DNA of 64,000 nucleotides from IMG/VR virus record IMGVR_UViG_3300041416_000287, positions 1 to 64,000 of that record; one strand, 5' to 3'. Shown piece by piece: positions 1 to 11,283 of this stretch (position 1 is its first letter; each line of letters starts with the position of its first letter). The notes under the pieces were generated by a model. It saw only the letters and a program-made list of their open reading frames with translations, ran no database searches and was not told where the DNA came from. The position numbers and the translations under genes were made by a program.

Positions 1-1844
1 TGACGCTTCACTATTTCAACCATCTCATGGTGAGTATACGGTTCCAGCTCGATAATATCCAACCGGTCTCTCAATGCCGGGTCCATCTTGGATTCATCAT
101 TCAGAGCTAGAACAAACCATACATTGCTGATATCGTGATTGAACTCGGTCAAATAAGAGTCCTGGAAATCCTTGCTCTGAATCGGGTCAAGAACATGCAG
201 CAAGGAGTTCTGCACCTCGATTCCCTTATTGCTAGCAGTCAATTTGTCAATCTCGTCCAGTAAGATAAGCGGGTCGGAGGCCTTGGCTTTCGCCATCAGT
301 TGCAGCAATAGACTGGGTGCGGAACCAACCCAGACACTGTCAGAGCCTCGGAACATACTCGGATCAATAGCCCCTCCTAGACTGATCTTCTCAAATGGAC
401 GCCCTACCGCCTTAGCAATAGTCTTGGCCAGCTTCGTCTTCCCGACACCCGGCTTGCCCTTGAAGGCAAGAAGAGATCGCGATCCCGGCTTATATAGGCG
501 CTTGTTCAAAGCCTCAATGATACGACTCTTGATCTTGGGAAGGCCATACATCTCGTCATGCAGTGTCTTGTAGGCCTGGCCACACAGAGCTCGATTGAAT
601 TCGGGTGTTGGTTCCTCCGGGCGAACCACCGATAGTTTTGCGTAGGGTAGGCGCAAACACCATAGCAGTTTAGCTTTCAGGGCCGCATGATGGCTGTCGT
701 CATGGGCACGAGAAATCATGTCTCGGTACATCTCATACAGTTTGTTCTTGATTGCGATTGGCACCTGGAGCAAGATAATCTTGTGCTTGAGTTCCTCAAA
801 ATAGTTGCTTGATTTCTCCAACTTCTCCTCTTCTGCTTCGGCTCGGGCCAATTCCTCATCGGAAGTAAATTGGGATTCCAACAACAACTTAATCCGATTG
901 CGCATATCCAGCCAGTCAGCCGTGCCAAACCCATGCTGCTGAAGGCAATCGTAAAGCTGAAGAGTTCGCATTTTGTCCTTACGAGTCAACCGAGCCGCTA
1001 CGATCTTCTCAACCGAAGGAGCCTCTTCGATAACCTTCGCTCGCAGCTCTTTGAGTCGAACATCGACATTCTCAGTGATCTCAGCCGGAGCTGAATCGAT
1101 GATATTAGCTAGCTTCTCGCTCATCTCAATAAAAGCTAGGGTATATGGTTCCGTGTTCTTCATGGCATCGTAGAATCGAAGAGCCCGTTCTTTCTCGGCC
1201 GCGGACAATCTCGATTGTAGGATCTTGGGAATAGTTGGCATGCGATCCTTAATGCTCTGGCGCAACTCCTTGAGCTGAGTCTCCAATGCCTCAACTTGTT
1301 CTTCAGGAACATCATCTTTCCAGGATGCATCCTTGGGAACGGCGCCACAGTATTCCTCAATCAAGCCATCGTTCGTCTTCTTAAGGGCGGCTTTGATGGC
1401 AGATCGCAAAATGCCTTCTTCAGCGTCAGGAAACTTACTCTGCAATTTACGTAGCAAACTGCTGATAAGAGGCCCTTTGTCCAATTCGAAGTAGTTCTCA
1501 GTATCAAATGTAGGATCCAGTCCTTCATCGTCCAACTCAAGAGACTGGCCAGATGTTGCCTTCGGAACATACTCACCCTCTTCACTCTCCGAATCGCTGC
1601 TATCAACAATCCCATCATAATTACTACCCCCTGTGAATAGCTTGGGATTGAAGACATCCGGGTCCTTATATTTAGGGTCGATGAATACGCGGGGAAAGCG
1701 GCCGCGCCGTCCCTTCAATGGTTTCGGCGGGGCCACCGGAACTGGTACTTCAGCCACCGATTCAACCAGTTCATCATCATCCGGTGGAACTTCAGGACTG
1801 ACTTTCTTCGGGAATCCGCGCTTAGTATTCTTACGTCGTGACAT
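1..1844 (-). CDS. lon: Lon-type AAA+ ATPase/protease, N-terminal part (runs off window start; absent from ORF track)
   Basis: Manual translation from ATG at 1844 (MSRRKNTKRG...) stays open to the edge. Contains Walker A GKPGVGKT, ISLGG, Walker B LILLDEIDK, LLHVLDPIQSKDFQDSY and MDPALRDRLDII, all typical of Lon AAA+. The protease domain is not visible in the window. Confidence 0.92.
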   Translation of the reverse strand, partial: MSRRKNTKRGFPKKVSPEVPPDDDELVESVAEVPVPVAPPKPLKGRRGRFPRVFIDPKYKDPDVFNPKLFTGGSNYDGIVDSSDSESEEGEYVPKATSGQSLELDDEGLDPTFDTENYFELDKGPLISSLLRKLQSKFPDAEEGILRSAIKAALKKTNDGLIEEYCGAVPKDASWKDDVPEEQVEALETQLKELRQSIKDRMPTIPKILQSRLSAAEKERALRFYDAMKNTEPYTLAFIEMSEKLANIIDSAPAEITENVDVRLKELRAKVIEEAPSVEKIVAARLTRKDKMRTLQLYDCLQQHGFGTADWLDMRNRIKLLLESQFTSDEELARAEAEEEKLEKSSNYFEELKHKIILLQVPIAIKNKLYEMYRDMISRAHDDSHHAALKAKLLWCLRLPYAKLSVVRPEEPTPEFNRALCGQAYKTLHDEMYGLPKIKSRIIEALNKRLYKPGSRSLLAFKGKPGVGKTKLAKTIAKAVGRPFEKISLGGAIDPSMFRGSDSVWVGSAPSLLLQLMAKAKASDPLILLDEIDKLTASNKGIEVQNSLLHVLDPIQSKDFQDSYLTEFNHDISNVWFVLALNDESKMDPALRDRLDIIELEPYTHHEMVEIVKR

Positions 1845-1938
1845 CTCTTTTAATAATAGCACAGTCTTCACATTATAATATTAATTTCAGATATGTGTCA
1901 TCGGAACACATATTTGCTACTGGGATAGCTTGAGCGAT

Positions 1939-4359
1939 TTATTTCGTTTTCCTAGACCGAAGCTGACGCTTTGGTGGGTCAGAAACTGTTTGCACAGCTT
2001 CTGTTTCGTCAACCATAGCATCTAATAGGGAGCTTTCCGAGCTGCTCGGTGAACTAGGAGGACTTGATGATTTACGAGCTCGTTTTCTAGGCGGTTGTTC
2101 TGAATCGTCTTCCTCGTCACGTGACCTCTTTCGCCTCTTAGGCACTTCAGACTCCTCAGATAGCTCACCATTGGAGGAGCTAGAGATGGATTGTTCAGCG
2201 AAGGAGGCCTCACTTGGTTCGTGTGACGCCTCCCCTGGTTCCACGACCGATCCCCCTGATGACTCATCAGATCCATCCTCTGATCGCCCAGAATCTACTG
2301 AGCCTAATGATTCAGACACATCTGCTGCTTTCTCAACTCGACGGCGTTTCGCCTTAGGTTCATCCAACTCCTCGGGCTCTTCAGCTTCTTGTCGAGTCCG
2401 TTTACGACTCTTCGGGGCCGATTTGGCGAAGGGGATCGGTTCCTCTTCCCGTCCGGTATGGTGATTACGCAAATAGATAAGAATCTCATACATCGCACGG
2501 AAATCGACCCGATTGTATTGAAGAATCTCCTTCATCACAGGGAGATGCCTCATCGAAGTCTCACTCTCTCGAGCTAACTTGTGAGCTGCTCGGGCAGCAA
2601 CCATGGCGCTTTGTCCATCGATACACACACTTGTCTTATCCCATTCAGTTTCAATGAAGCCATGTTGTTTCATCGCGGCGGCAACTTCCTTCAAACTGAA
2701 CGACATGCACCCTTTCACTACAATAGGTTCGGCCTTGAACACGGCTAGCAGATCGACCCAATCCCACATCCATGGTTGCCATTCATTCGAGATAGGATCA
2801 TGGCGCTCAACCACATCATCCCACATGGAGTCCTCCGCTGGGGACCAATGGAAACATCGAGGTTTCTCGACACCATGTTTCTGAGCCTTCTCACGAATGA
2901 AAGTGGAGAATTCTTGACAAATGCGCTCTTCTTCGGGGAAAGTCAATCGATTCACCGTGAAGTCCCTATCAATCCATTCTCCACTGTCAGGATCGACATA
3001 TCCTACCCCGATCATAAAGACCATAGAATTCATCTTAGCCGCGGGAAGGTGTTTGATATCGGAAACCACACCATTGCATGTCTCAAAATCGACAAAGAAC
3101 TCAATAGCATCGGGATTCTTCCAGTCGCCCAGGTTATTCTCAATCAAATCAGGGATAATAGTCAGTTTCTTACTACGATTCACCCGCAAGATCTCGTGCA
3201 AGACTCGACTCGTTTTCTCTCCCGTGATCCCCAACACGGCCGGTGTACATTTCGGATCCGTCCACTGAGACACCCCAGCAGCCAAGGCTGAGGCTCGATT
3301 CTTTGGCCCTACCATCCAAAGGTCGGTCAACTCCTTGGCGTCATCGGCAATTTGTTGTTTGACGGTGTGCCAAGGGTGATCGTGACTGTTGCACATATTT
3401 GGATATAATTCCCAACGATGAAGGGGATATTTCGTTACATTCCAGTCAGCCGCCTCATCAGTGGTGACATCGCGCAACCAAGCCAGGGCTTTGGTAGTCT
3501 CAGCCAGATAGCCCTGATCTAATCCATTATAATCAATGATCCCCATTTTATCAAAACACGTATTGTTCACATGCGTTTCGCCCTTTGAGGTGTATCGCCA
3601 GCGTCGCCCAAGGATGTAGACTTCATTCGGAAAATACCCCTGAACGCTCTCGAGGGCCCAATTGTAAATTAACAACTGGGACTTATAAGCTGGGAAGGAA
3701 GCGGCATTCAGAAGATGGGCGGCATCGGCCCGCAGCAGTAATCCCGTGAACTTAATGTCGACAACGCGATAATGCCAAGGTCGACGAAGAGTTGGACTCG
3801 GAATGAGTTCCACCTCTTCCACAATATAGGGAGCCTCTTGGATTAAGAACTTTATCCAATCACTGCGCACTAGTAGATCGGGAATACCAAAAGTCTTTCG
3901 CTTGTCATCACAGAGCATACCACTGTGAATAAATGGCACTCCTTTGAGCATAGCCTCCAAAGTCTCAGCCGCCTTTCTGGGATCACGTGGCGCTAACTCA
4001 GCATGAATTTCGGCCACTCGTTCAGATGTGAATTTCTTGGTGATTAGCTTCATGACTTTCTGCTCAAATTTCACTCCTTGGCCCATGATATAGCTCGTAA
4101 AATTGTACCCCGTTTTACCCTCCCCCAAGGCTTTATTTACGTATTTACGATACTTACGACTCTTGTGGACAAATGAGCCATGATGATGCTTCAACCAATC
4201 TAGGAATGGGTCTTTCATCATGTAATTATAGGTTGACGTTGCCGAGATCCACTCATCATCTAATATGTTGTCTGCCACCGGTTCTGAATCGTCCGTAGTT
4301 GGGGGTAATGGCGGAGTAGTAATATTTCTTTCCCGACGAGGGGGACGGGTTCGACTCAT
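1939..4359 (-). CDS. TM0106-like RecB-family nuclease with RNase H-like domain and acidic/basic low-complexity tail
   Basis: MMKDPFLDWL, GIPDLLVRSD...VVDIKFT (PD-(D/E)xK), FFVDFETC and YNRVD (RNase H-like). Tail has NLS-like KRRR and RKRARK. Confidence 0.8.
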   Translation of the reverse strand: MSRTRPPRRERNITTPPLPPTTDDSEPVADNILDDEWISATSTYNYMMKDPFLDWLKHHHGSFVHKSRKYRKYVNKALGEGKTGYNFTSYIMGQGVKFEQKVMKLITKKFTSERVAEIHAELAPRDPRKAAETLEAMLKGVPFIHSGMLCDDKRKTFGIPDLLVRSDWIKFLIQEAPYIVEEVELIPSPTLRRPWHYRVVDIKFTGLLLRADAAHLLNAASFPAYKSQLLIYNWALESVQGYFPNEVYILGRRWRYTSKGETHVNNTCFDKMGIIDYNGLDQGYLAETTKALAWLRDVTTDEAADWNVTKYPLHRWELYPNMCNSHDHPWHTVKQQIADDAKELTDLWMVGPKNRASALAAGVSQWTDPKCTPAVLGITGEKTSRVLHEILRVNRSKKLTIIPDLIENNLGDWKNPDAIEFFVDFETCNGVVSDIKHLPAAKMNSMVFMIGVGYVDPDSGEWIDRDFTVNRLTFPEEERICQEFSTFIREKAQKHGVEKPRCFHWSPAEDSMWDDVVERHDPISNEWQPWMWDWVDLLAVFKAEPIVVKGCMSFSLKEVAAAMKQHGFIETEWDKTSVCIDGQSAMVAARAAHKLARESETSMRHLPVMKEILQYNRVDFRAMYEILIYLRNHHTGREEEPIPFAKSAPKSRKRTRQEAEEPEELDEPKAKRRRVEKAADVSESLGSVDSGRSEDGSDESSGGSVVEPGEASHEPSEASFAEQSISSSSNGELSEESEVPKRRKRSRDEEDDSEQPPRKRARKSSSPPSSPSSSESSLLDAMVDETEAVQTVSDPPKRQLRSRKTK

Positions 4360-4665
4360 TTATACAACTTGGAAATAACCTAAGCATAATATATAATCAT
4401 ATAATCAGATCTATGTTGTTGATCCACGCTACAGTCCCCTTGAATCATTATAACTATCACATCAGCGAGTATAACACCATTAGTCCCCTAGAAACGAAGC
4501 TAGCAATTAATTATTCGGTGACCGAGAACTGGCACTAAGTACCATACTACCCCTAAATATCAACATATGTTCGATTAATGAGTAACTTAAGTCTTAATAC
4601 TGAAGGACCTATATGTTATTGGTCAAATTGAATTATCGGATTATCAATTGATAGTAACATCACAA

Positions 4666-5106
4666 ATGGTGAATTTCTGGTACGTGTTGCGGAATCGAAT
4701 TACAAACAAGCGAAAAGCCCGGACTTTCATCACTGGGGTGGCGGACATTAGTGATGTTCCGGTAGAAGTATTGGCTTTTGAACTTCAAGCTCTTCAAGAG
4801 AAACGATTAAAGGAAGTTCTGAAGGGCTTCAAGAGATTCTCCGGCGGGGATGATACTAACCCGGGAACCCTAGAAGCTTTTCTACCGGCTGTGTTCAAGC
4901 CGTTTGCTAACAATAAGCATCGACTACTGGAACAAATGGCATCATGGTATGAGATCGATGCCCTATATGAAGTGATGGACGTTAGCGTGGCTCCCAATTG
5001 TGAAGGGTGCCTACATGATGAGGGTGGATATAAGCATCATCAACGTTGTCCGGATGGTTGCCTCCATTACAAGGAACTCTGTTACGGTTGTTCGCCGCCG
5101 ACGTAA
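4666..5106 (+). CDS. hypothetical protein with C-terminal Cys/His cluster
   Basis: ORF, ATG at 4666 chosen over TTG 4648; CEGCLHD...HHQRCPDGCLH...CYGC suggests metal binding. Confidence 0.6.
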   Translation: MVNFWYVLRNRITNKRKARTFITGVADISDVPVEVLAFELQALQEKRLKEVLKGFKRFSGGDDTNPGTLEAFLPAVFKPFANNKHRLLEQMASWYEIDALYEVMDVSVAPNCEGCLHDEGGYKHHQRCPDGCLHYKELCYGCSPPT

Positions 5107-5128
5107 ATATACTATCATGATAGTATAT

Positions 5129-5998
5129 TTAATTCAAAGGAGTAATATGGTACTTCTGAAGGTAGGCAGTTATGTGATTAGCATGGTAATCCCCTAGGTT
5201 CTCATCGAAATAGATCATGCTTCCCACGTGCATGAAATCTTCCGTCGTCGAGAAAGATGTCGGCATGATCGGCAAGGGAACCACTGGAATAATGTCACTG
5301 CCATTATGTATTTGGAACGATGGTAGGTCGAGGGCCCGATAATGTTTAGCCCCCACAGTATTGAACAAGCGAGGTGAGGCAAACGAGTAGTGAACCGCAT
5401 TCTTAATGGTTACTCCATTGTTTAACTTTCGATTAAAAGTGTCCAGTAATGCGATACTACTGATGGCCCCTCCTAGGGACAACCCAGTCAACACGATTTG
5501 AGTATCGGCATTCACGTACTTCTCGAATAGTGCCCACAGAGCGTATTGAACATTGTGATAGAAGTCCCAAAAGCCACCGTGTACTTTCATGCCATCTATG
5601 CTGTTCTGTAGAGTGGGAACTTTCTGCGCGTACTCCAGATCAACCAACGCCAGGATGGGATTGTAAGTCCCGGTCGCTACTACCACCACCATATTCAACT
5701 TGGCCGAATAGAAGAACCACATAACATTCACCTTCAACAGCATGTAAGTCTCATCTATGGGAATAACCACATCAAAGTTGGGAGGATTCAATTGCAGAGG
5801 ATCTTTCTCCATTCTAAACACCTCGCCATTGTGAACAGTAACACGATATGACAGTTCAAGAAGACTCTGCGCTGCCTCGTAGGAGAAATTAATCCCTAGT
5901 TTTTCCTGCAGAGGATATTGCCACGGAGGCTGGGATGCTCGTGCTTCCGACTTAATAATACACGCGTCTTTCAAGACAGTTGCTGTAATTTGGGCCAT
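5129..5998 (-). CDS. class 3 lipase
   Basis: VHGGF, nucleophile elbow TGLSLGG (GxSxG), FASPR, HNGSDIIPVVP, C-terminal His. Confidence 0.88.
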   Translation of the reverse strand: MAQITATVLKDACIIKSEARASQPPWQYPLQEKLGINFSYEAAQSLLELSYRVTVHNGEVFRMEKDPLQLNPPNFDVVIPIDETYMLLKVNVMWFFYSAKLNMVVVVATGTYNPILALVDLEYAQKVPTLQNSIDGMKVHGGFWDFYHNVQYALWALFEKYVNADTQIVLTGLSLGGAISSIALLDTFNRKLNNGVTIKNAVHYSFASPRLFNTVGAKHYRALDLPSFQIHNGSDIIPVVPLPIMPTSFSTTEDFMHVGSMIYFDENLGDYHANHITAYLQKYHITPLN

Positions 5999-6062
5999 TT
6001 TGGATAAGAGATAAGGTTACGATTAATTAATCAATCTGTTTAGAAGTTTGCATATAGATACA

Positions 6063-6068
6063 TAAATG
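6063..6068 (+). promoter_or_regulatory. TAAATG start-site motif (example of about 19 occurrences)
   Basis: TAAATG overlaps the ATG of many genes on both strands; see findings. Confidence 0.55.
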
Positions 6069-7553
6069 GAAATCACGGAAGTCTCGACAGCAACATCAGA
6101 GAGTGAGAAATCGGTACTTCCGAGGAAACTAAAATCGATGATCCCCGGGAGACCTCAATCAATTCGAGAACTAGCCTGCAATTTGCGAGATGCGGTAGTT
6201 ACCGTTACCGGACAAGTTGTTCTCACTAATGAATCGAAAGTCCCCACGATGATTAATCAGAATGGGAATGGCTTCTTCATTAAGGGTCATTATATTATTT
6301 GCCCAGCGGCTTTAGTGTTAATTGGACCTATGCAACTCGCTGAACACGGACGCATTCCCGCTTATCCTAATACGCCGACTAAGCACAAATACCCAAACGC
6401 TTTAGTGCGAGTAAGTCGCATTCTAGTTGATGTGTCGAATGTAAATGGGTCAGATCAGGCTTATAGTTATGAGGCCGACATTGTGGGGATTGATGGGGCG
6501 GCTAACATTGCTATCCTTCGCGTCAAACCAGAGTGTCAATGGAATGCTAAGAATCCAGTAATTCGGGTTTGCCATCCCTTTCTTCAATGGGGTAAGAGTC
6601 GAAGTTCATGTTCCGGTGACACGGTGATGCTAATCGGAAATATTACTGCTCCCGCCGCATTTTCGACTATAGCTGATTTACTACCCGGGGCCGAGAATGC
6701 GGTTACCTTGGGCACGCTGGCTGATAATCGATATGTTTTCCCAGCTGGGCATGTTCCCGGAGAACTTCTTTTACTATCGAATATGTTGCCCTGGAATCAT
6801 CAACAGGGACTTCCGGTACTTACGACTAGTGGCACCGTAATCGGGATGGTTATAAAGGTAGTTTCACCATTTACGTATAATATTGCCGTCTCTGAGTTCT
6901 TTATGCGTCGCCCCATCAAGGCTCTCATTCGAACATACCAAGATAATAAAGTGCCAGACCGGTATGTCGATTTTGTCCGGATGGTTGATGATCCTATCGG
7001 ATCATACTACTCCTTTAATAAGGCTTGGTTGGGAATTGCCGGAACCCTAATGAGTCAGATGGATTATGATACTATTTTAGAGTTTGGTGTAAGGGGCCCC
7101 AATACCGTCGATCGCTTTCCGATCTTAGAGGACGGCTCCTTGATCACTGATGATACGTGTAAGGAAATCGTAGGCTATCGAGTTACGGCTGTGGCCCAAT
7201 CTAACCCTAAGAAATTTCAACGAGTACTCATCCCGGGAGCTATGGATGACAGAGTCGAGATTCCGAGTGGTCAACCGAGCCCGCTAGTCGATATTATTAG
7301 TCCTGGGGATATTATTACCCATATTAACGACTGTCCTCTCGGAGATAGGAAGGGACAGATTTCACCTTCGCTAGCAATGTGGCGGGTTCGTCCGGGTGAT
7401 GAAGTCACAATTCAATATAAGAACGAATTAGAGCGATTTCGCGAGTCTCACCAGGTTACTGTCGCTACTGGTTCCTACGAGCCGTTCCTCGATTTTCCCT
7501 TCTATTGTGAGTCGATTATTCCATTCAATGAGATGGTTCCAACTCTATTATAA
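6066..7553 (+). CDS. HtrA/DegP-like trypsin-fold plus PDZ protein, catalytic triad lost
   Basis: GNGFFIK, EADIVGID..NIAILRV, GDTVMLIGN, GTVIGM, AWLGI, PGDIITHIN and PGDEVTIQY are collinear with HtrA. The triad positions read L, N and Q. Confidence 0.8.
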   Translation: MEITEVSTATSESEKSVLPRKLKSMIPGRPQSIRELACNLRDAVVTVTGQVVLTNESKVPTMINQNGNGFFIKGHYIICPAALVLIGPMQLAEHGRIPAYPNTPTKHKYPNALVRVSRILVDVSNVNGSDQAYSYEADIVGIDGAANIAILRVKPECQWNAKNPVIRVCHPFLQWGKSRSSCSGDTVMLIGNITAPAAFSTIADLLPGAENAVTLGTLADNRYVFPAGHVPGELLLLSNMLPWNHQQGLPVLTTSGTVIGMVIKVVSPFTYNIAVSEFFMRRPIKALIRTYQDNKVPDRYVDFVRMVDDPIGSYYSFNKAWLGIAGTLMSQMDYDTILEFGVRGPNTVDRFPILEDGSLITDDTCKEIVGYRVTAVAQSNPKKFQRVLIPGAMDDRVEIPSGQPSPLVDIISPGDIITHINDCPLGDRKGQISPSLAMWRVRPGDEVTIQYKNELERFRESHQVTVATGSYEPFLDFPFYCESIIPFNEMVPTLL

Positions 7554-7592
7554 AATTGAATAGATACTAGGAGCTATGAGATGAGATAGCAA

Positions 7593-7943
7593 ATGCCTCG
7601 CCACTCAAAGCGTCAATACAGTGAGTCTTTCGATTCGAGTGATGATGAGCCTGAAATATCTGTTCATGACTATATGGTCTCAGTTCCGAAGTGTGATCCA
7701 TCGTGTTGGGAGATATGGCTAGGTTGGTACTGTCGAACATTCTTCACATGGTGGGGAATCTGTGCCTCCATCGCGGTAAGCGGCGTCCTGTTATATAATG
7801 GTGTGGATACGCACACAAAGACGGGGAATATTGTAACATTGATGATCGGGGGGGTATTTACCTTATTCTGGGTGGTGTGTGATGTTATCTTGACGTTTAT
7901 AGTAGGAACAGCTGCTGCGGACATACTACGGGCTGTCGGATAA
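7593..7943 (+). CDS. small membrane protein (2 TM)
   Basis: ORF with two hydrophobic segments; AAATG start and a 3' palindrome. Confidence 0.6.
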   Translation: MPRHSKRQYSESFDSSDDEPEISVHDYMVSVPKCDPSCWEIWLGWYCRTFFTWWGICASIAVSGVLLYNGVDTHTKTGNIVTLMIGGVFTLFWVVCDVILTFIVGTAAADILRAVG

Positions 7944-7950
7944 CGTAACA

Positions 7951-7972
7951 TAGATTCTTGGCCAAGAATCTA
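7951..7972. terminator. 22-bp perfect palindrome after a stop codon
   Basis: tagattcttggccaagaatcta. Confidence 0.6.
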
Positions 7973-8014
7973 CATCTCTAGGTAGATATCGTTTTTATAT
8001 TTCTAGCATGGTAA

Positions 8015-9346
<1,332 letters not shown>

Positions 9347-9419
9347 AACTTACATGCATAAGTTCTAACCTCTCCCTGAGTAAATTTTCCCATTTAGGTT
9401 GGTACTAATACCAATCTAA

Positions 9420-10010
9420 TTAGCCCGTTGACTGCGGTAAACCCGGTAAACCTAGGAATCGTTGAAAAATAGTAAGATCAACATGGTCGTGAGATTCTGG
9501 ATGATATTGAATCGCCCACCATTTACGATGGTCGGTAAAAGCTGCGATATGGTTATTTGAAGTTACGGCCGTAATTTGGAACTGATCTGGCAGTGAAGTC
9601 ACCAAATCCCGATGATTCATCCATCGAGGCCTGATTATTTCTGTGACACCGGGATCATTGACGAGTTCTGTCACCTGGACTGTTCCCCGCTCCCGATCAC
9701 ACATACGCACTACTGTTCCACCAAAAGTGTGCGCGATAAGTTGCATTCCGTAACAGACCCCTAAAACTGGACAAGGACTTGATTTAACCCATTCTGGCAT
9801 AGGATAATGGTCCGGATCGTAGACATGATGGGGACTGCCCGATAGAATAATATGGGTCGGCGTGAAATTTGGTACCTCCCTAGGTAGGACAAGCTCATAT
9901 TCAATATTTAATTGCGTAAGAACCCGAATAATCCGCCTGGTTGAAATGTCACCAAAGGCAACTAGTGCAACTGTCCGTGCTAACGTTAGTGACGTTATTG
10001 ACCTCGTCAT
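9420..10010 (-). CDS. class I glutamine amidotransferase (GMP synthase GATase-like), stand-alone
   Basis: ILSGSP, PVLGVCYGMQL (catalytic Cys), MNHRD, QYHPES (His-Glu). Confidence 0.9.
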   Translation of the reverse strand: MTRSITSLTLARTVALVAFGDISTRRIIRVLTQLNIEYELVLPREVPNFTPTHIILSGSPHHVYDPDHYPMPEWVKSSPCPVLGVCYGMQLIAHTFGGTVVRMCDRERGTVQVTELVNDPGVTEIIRPRWMNHRDLVTSLPDQFQITAVTSNNHIAAFTDHRKWWAIQYHPESHDHVDLTIFQRFLGLPGLPQSTG

Positions 10011-10068
10011 GACTGTTTTAGTTCCTCATAATAATCCTGATAGCATTATCCATCAAATTGTTGCATGG

Positions 10069-10398
10069 TTACCACACCATAGTTTCTGGAGGTGGAACCG
10101 AATTGGTGGCCTTACGCAAATTAACGGTCATTGTCATATTATGAATTATCTCCACTGAGGTTAATGACATTACTGATGTTAGCGATTCACTACTAGGTGG
10201 TTCTGAAGGTTCAACTGCTGAACGCTTTTGAGTAAGCTTTGGCGGAGGCTCCGGAGCGAACTCTGGGGCACTCTCACCTACAATATGAGCTTTAGCAGGT
10301 CTATAGTTGTTTCGAAATGACACGCATCCCATACTATTTGCCAACAATATGGAAAGCTTATTACTGCCAATATTGAATGTTTTCCGCTGGAATGACAT
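10069..10398 (-). CDS. hypothetical protein
   Basis: ORF with TAAATG start. Confidence 0.5.
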   Translation of the reverse strand: MSFQRKTFNIGSNKLSILLANSMGCVSFRNNYRPAKAHIVGESAPEFAPEPPPKLTQKRSAVEPSEPPSSESLTSVMSLTSVEIIHNMTMTVNLRKATNSVPPPETMVW

Positions 10399-10481
10399 TT
10401 AACCAGTGAATAAATATCTATATACATAATATTACATCAAAATGAACAGAGTTGTTTTAGCAAATTCATTATAATATCAAA

Positions 10482-11222
10482 ATGGGTTCCTATCTCTCTT
10501 CCTATTACCGAGGGGCACCGAAATCCCGTCTCAACCCAAAGCTCATTCCATTCATCCCATATTTGAGTGAAGCGAGTACCCAAGTTTTGTTGGCAGACGC
10601 TTCAGTACAACTAGAAGTGCGACCGAGTAATTTAACTACAACGGCCTTCCTTGAGGGTCATGATGATGGCCTCTTCACTAAACAGGCAATTAAGAAGGGC
10701 ACCATCGTTTGCACAGGGCCGAAAGAAAAATGTAAGATGAACGATGCAATTGTGAATTTGGAGCCTATTTTGCTGGCCGTGACCAGCGTGGAAACATATG
10801 ATGCTTGGAACGAGTTCAAACAAACGTACTATAATATTGATAAGGTTCGTAATCTAGTGAACGTGCGTCTAATCATAGACAAGAATGGAGCTAAGTATTA
10901 TGAAGCGATTCAGGACATTTCGGCTGGCGGTGAATTACTCCGGATGTATGGTTTCACAACCTGGCCTTTTGAGCTATTCGATCTCATCACTAACAAGAAT
11001 ATCGCTGGATTCATTCGATTCATTGATGAATTGGTGAAGGAGTCGGATGGAGATCCATCCGAGCAGAAATTAAAGGCCCTCCAAGTAGTGCTTAACAACT
11101 ATCGATCCGTGAATAAGATACCTTATAGTAGCCTAGCCGAGTATGATGTCACTATGGCCAATCAATCACTACAGTACTTGGGAGCAGCCCTCAAGAAATT
11201 CTGTGAGCGAATCACAGGTTAA
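10482..11222 (+). CDS. SET-domain-like protein (putative lysine methyltransferase)
   Basis: GLFTKQAIKKGTIV, MNDA, NVRL, EAIQDISAGGELLRMYG match SET motifs; N-terminus MGSYLSS. Confidence 0.7.
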   Translation: MGSYLSSYYRGAPKSRLNPKLIPFIPYLSEASTQVLLADASVQLEVRPSNLTTTAFLEGHDDGLFTKQAIKKGTIVCTGPKEKCKMNDAIVNLEPILLAVTSVETYDAWNEFKQTYYNIDKVRNLVNVRLIIDKNGAKYYEAIQDISAGGELLRMYGFTTWPFELFDLITNKNIAGFIRFIDELVKESDGDPSEQKLKALQVVLNNYRSVNKIPYSSLAEYDVTMANQSLQYLGAALKKFCERITG

Positions 11223-11246
11223 TATTCATGTACCATACATGAATAT
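11222..11246. terminator. 3'-end hairpin (11-bp stem)
   Basis: atattcatgta-cca-tacatgaatat immediately after the SET gene stop. Confidence 0.6.
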
Positions 11247-11283
11247 CCCATAAATATATTCCCAGTATTATAAATTGTTCGTC

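Noticed and set aside
229-1878. Several short ORF-track calls (229..573, 716..934, 1160..1360, 1361..1657 and others)
   Set aside because: All overlap the long minus-strand Lon frame, which the track missed because its stop is outside the window.
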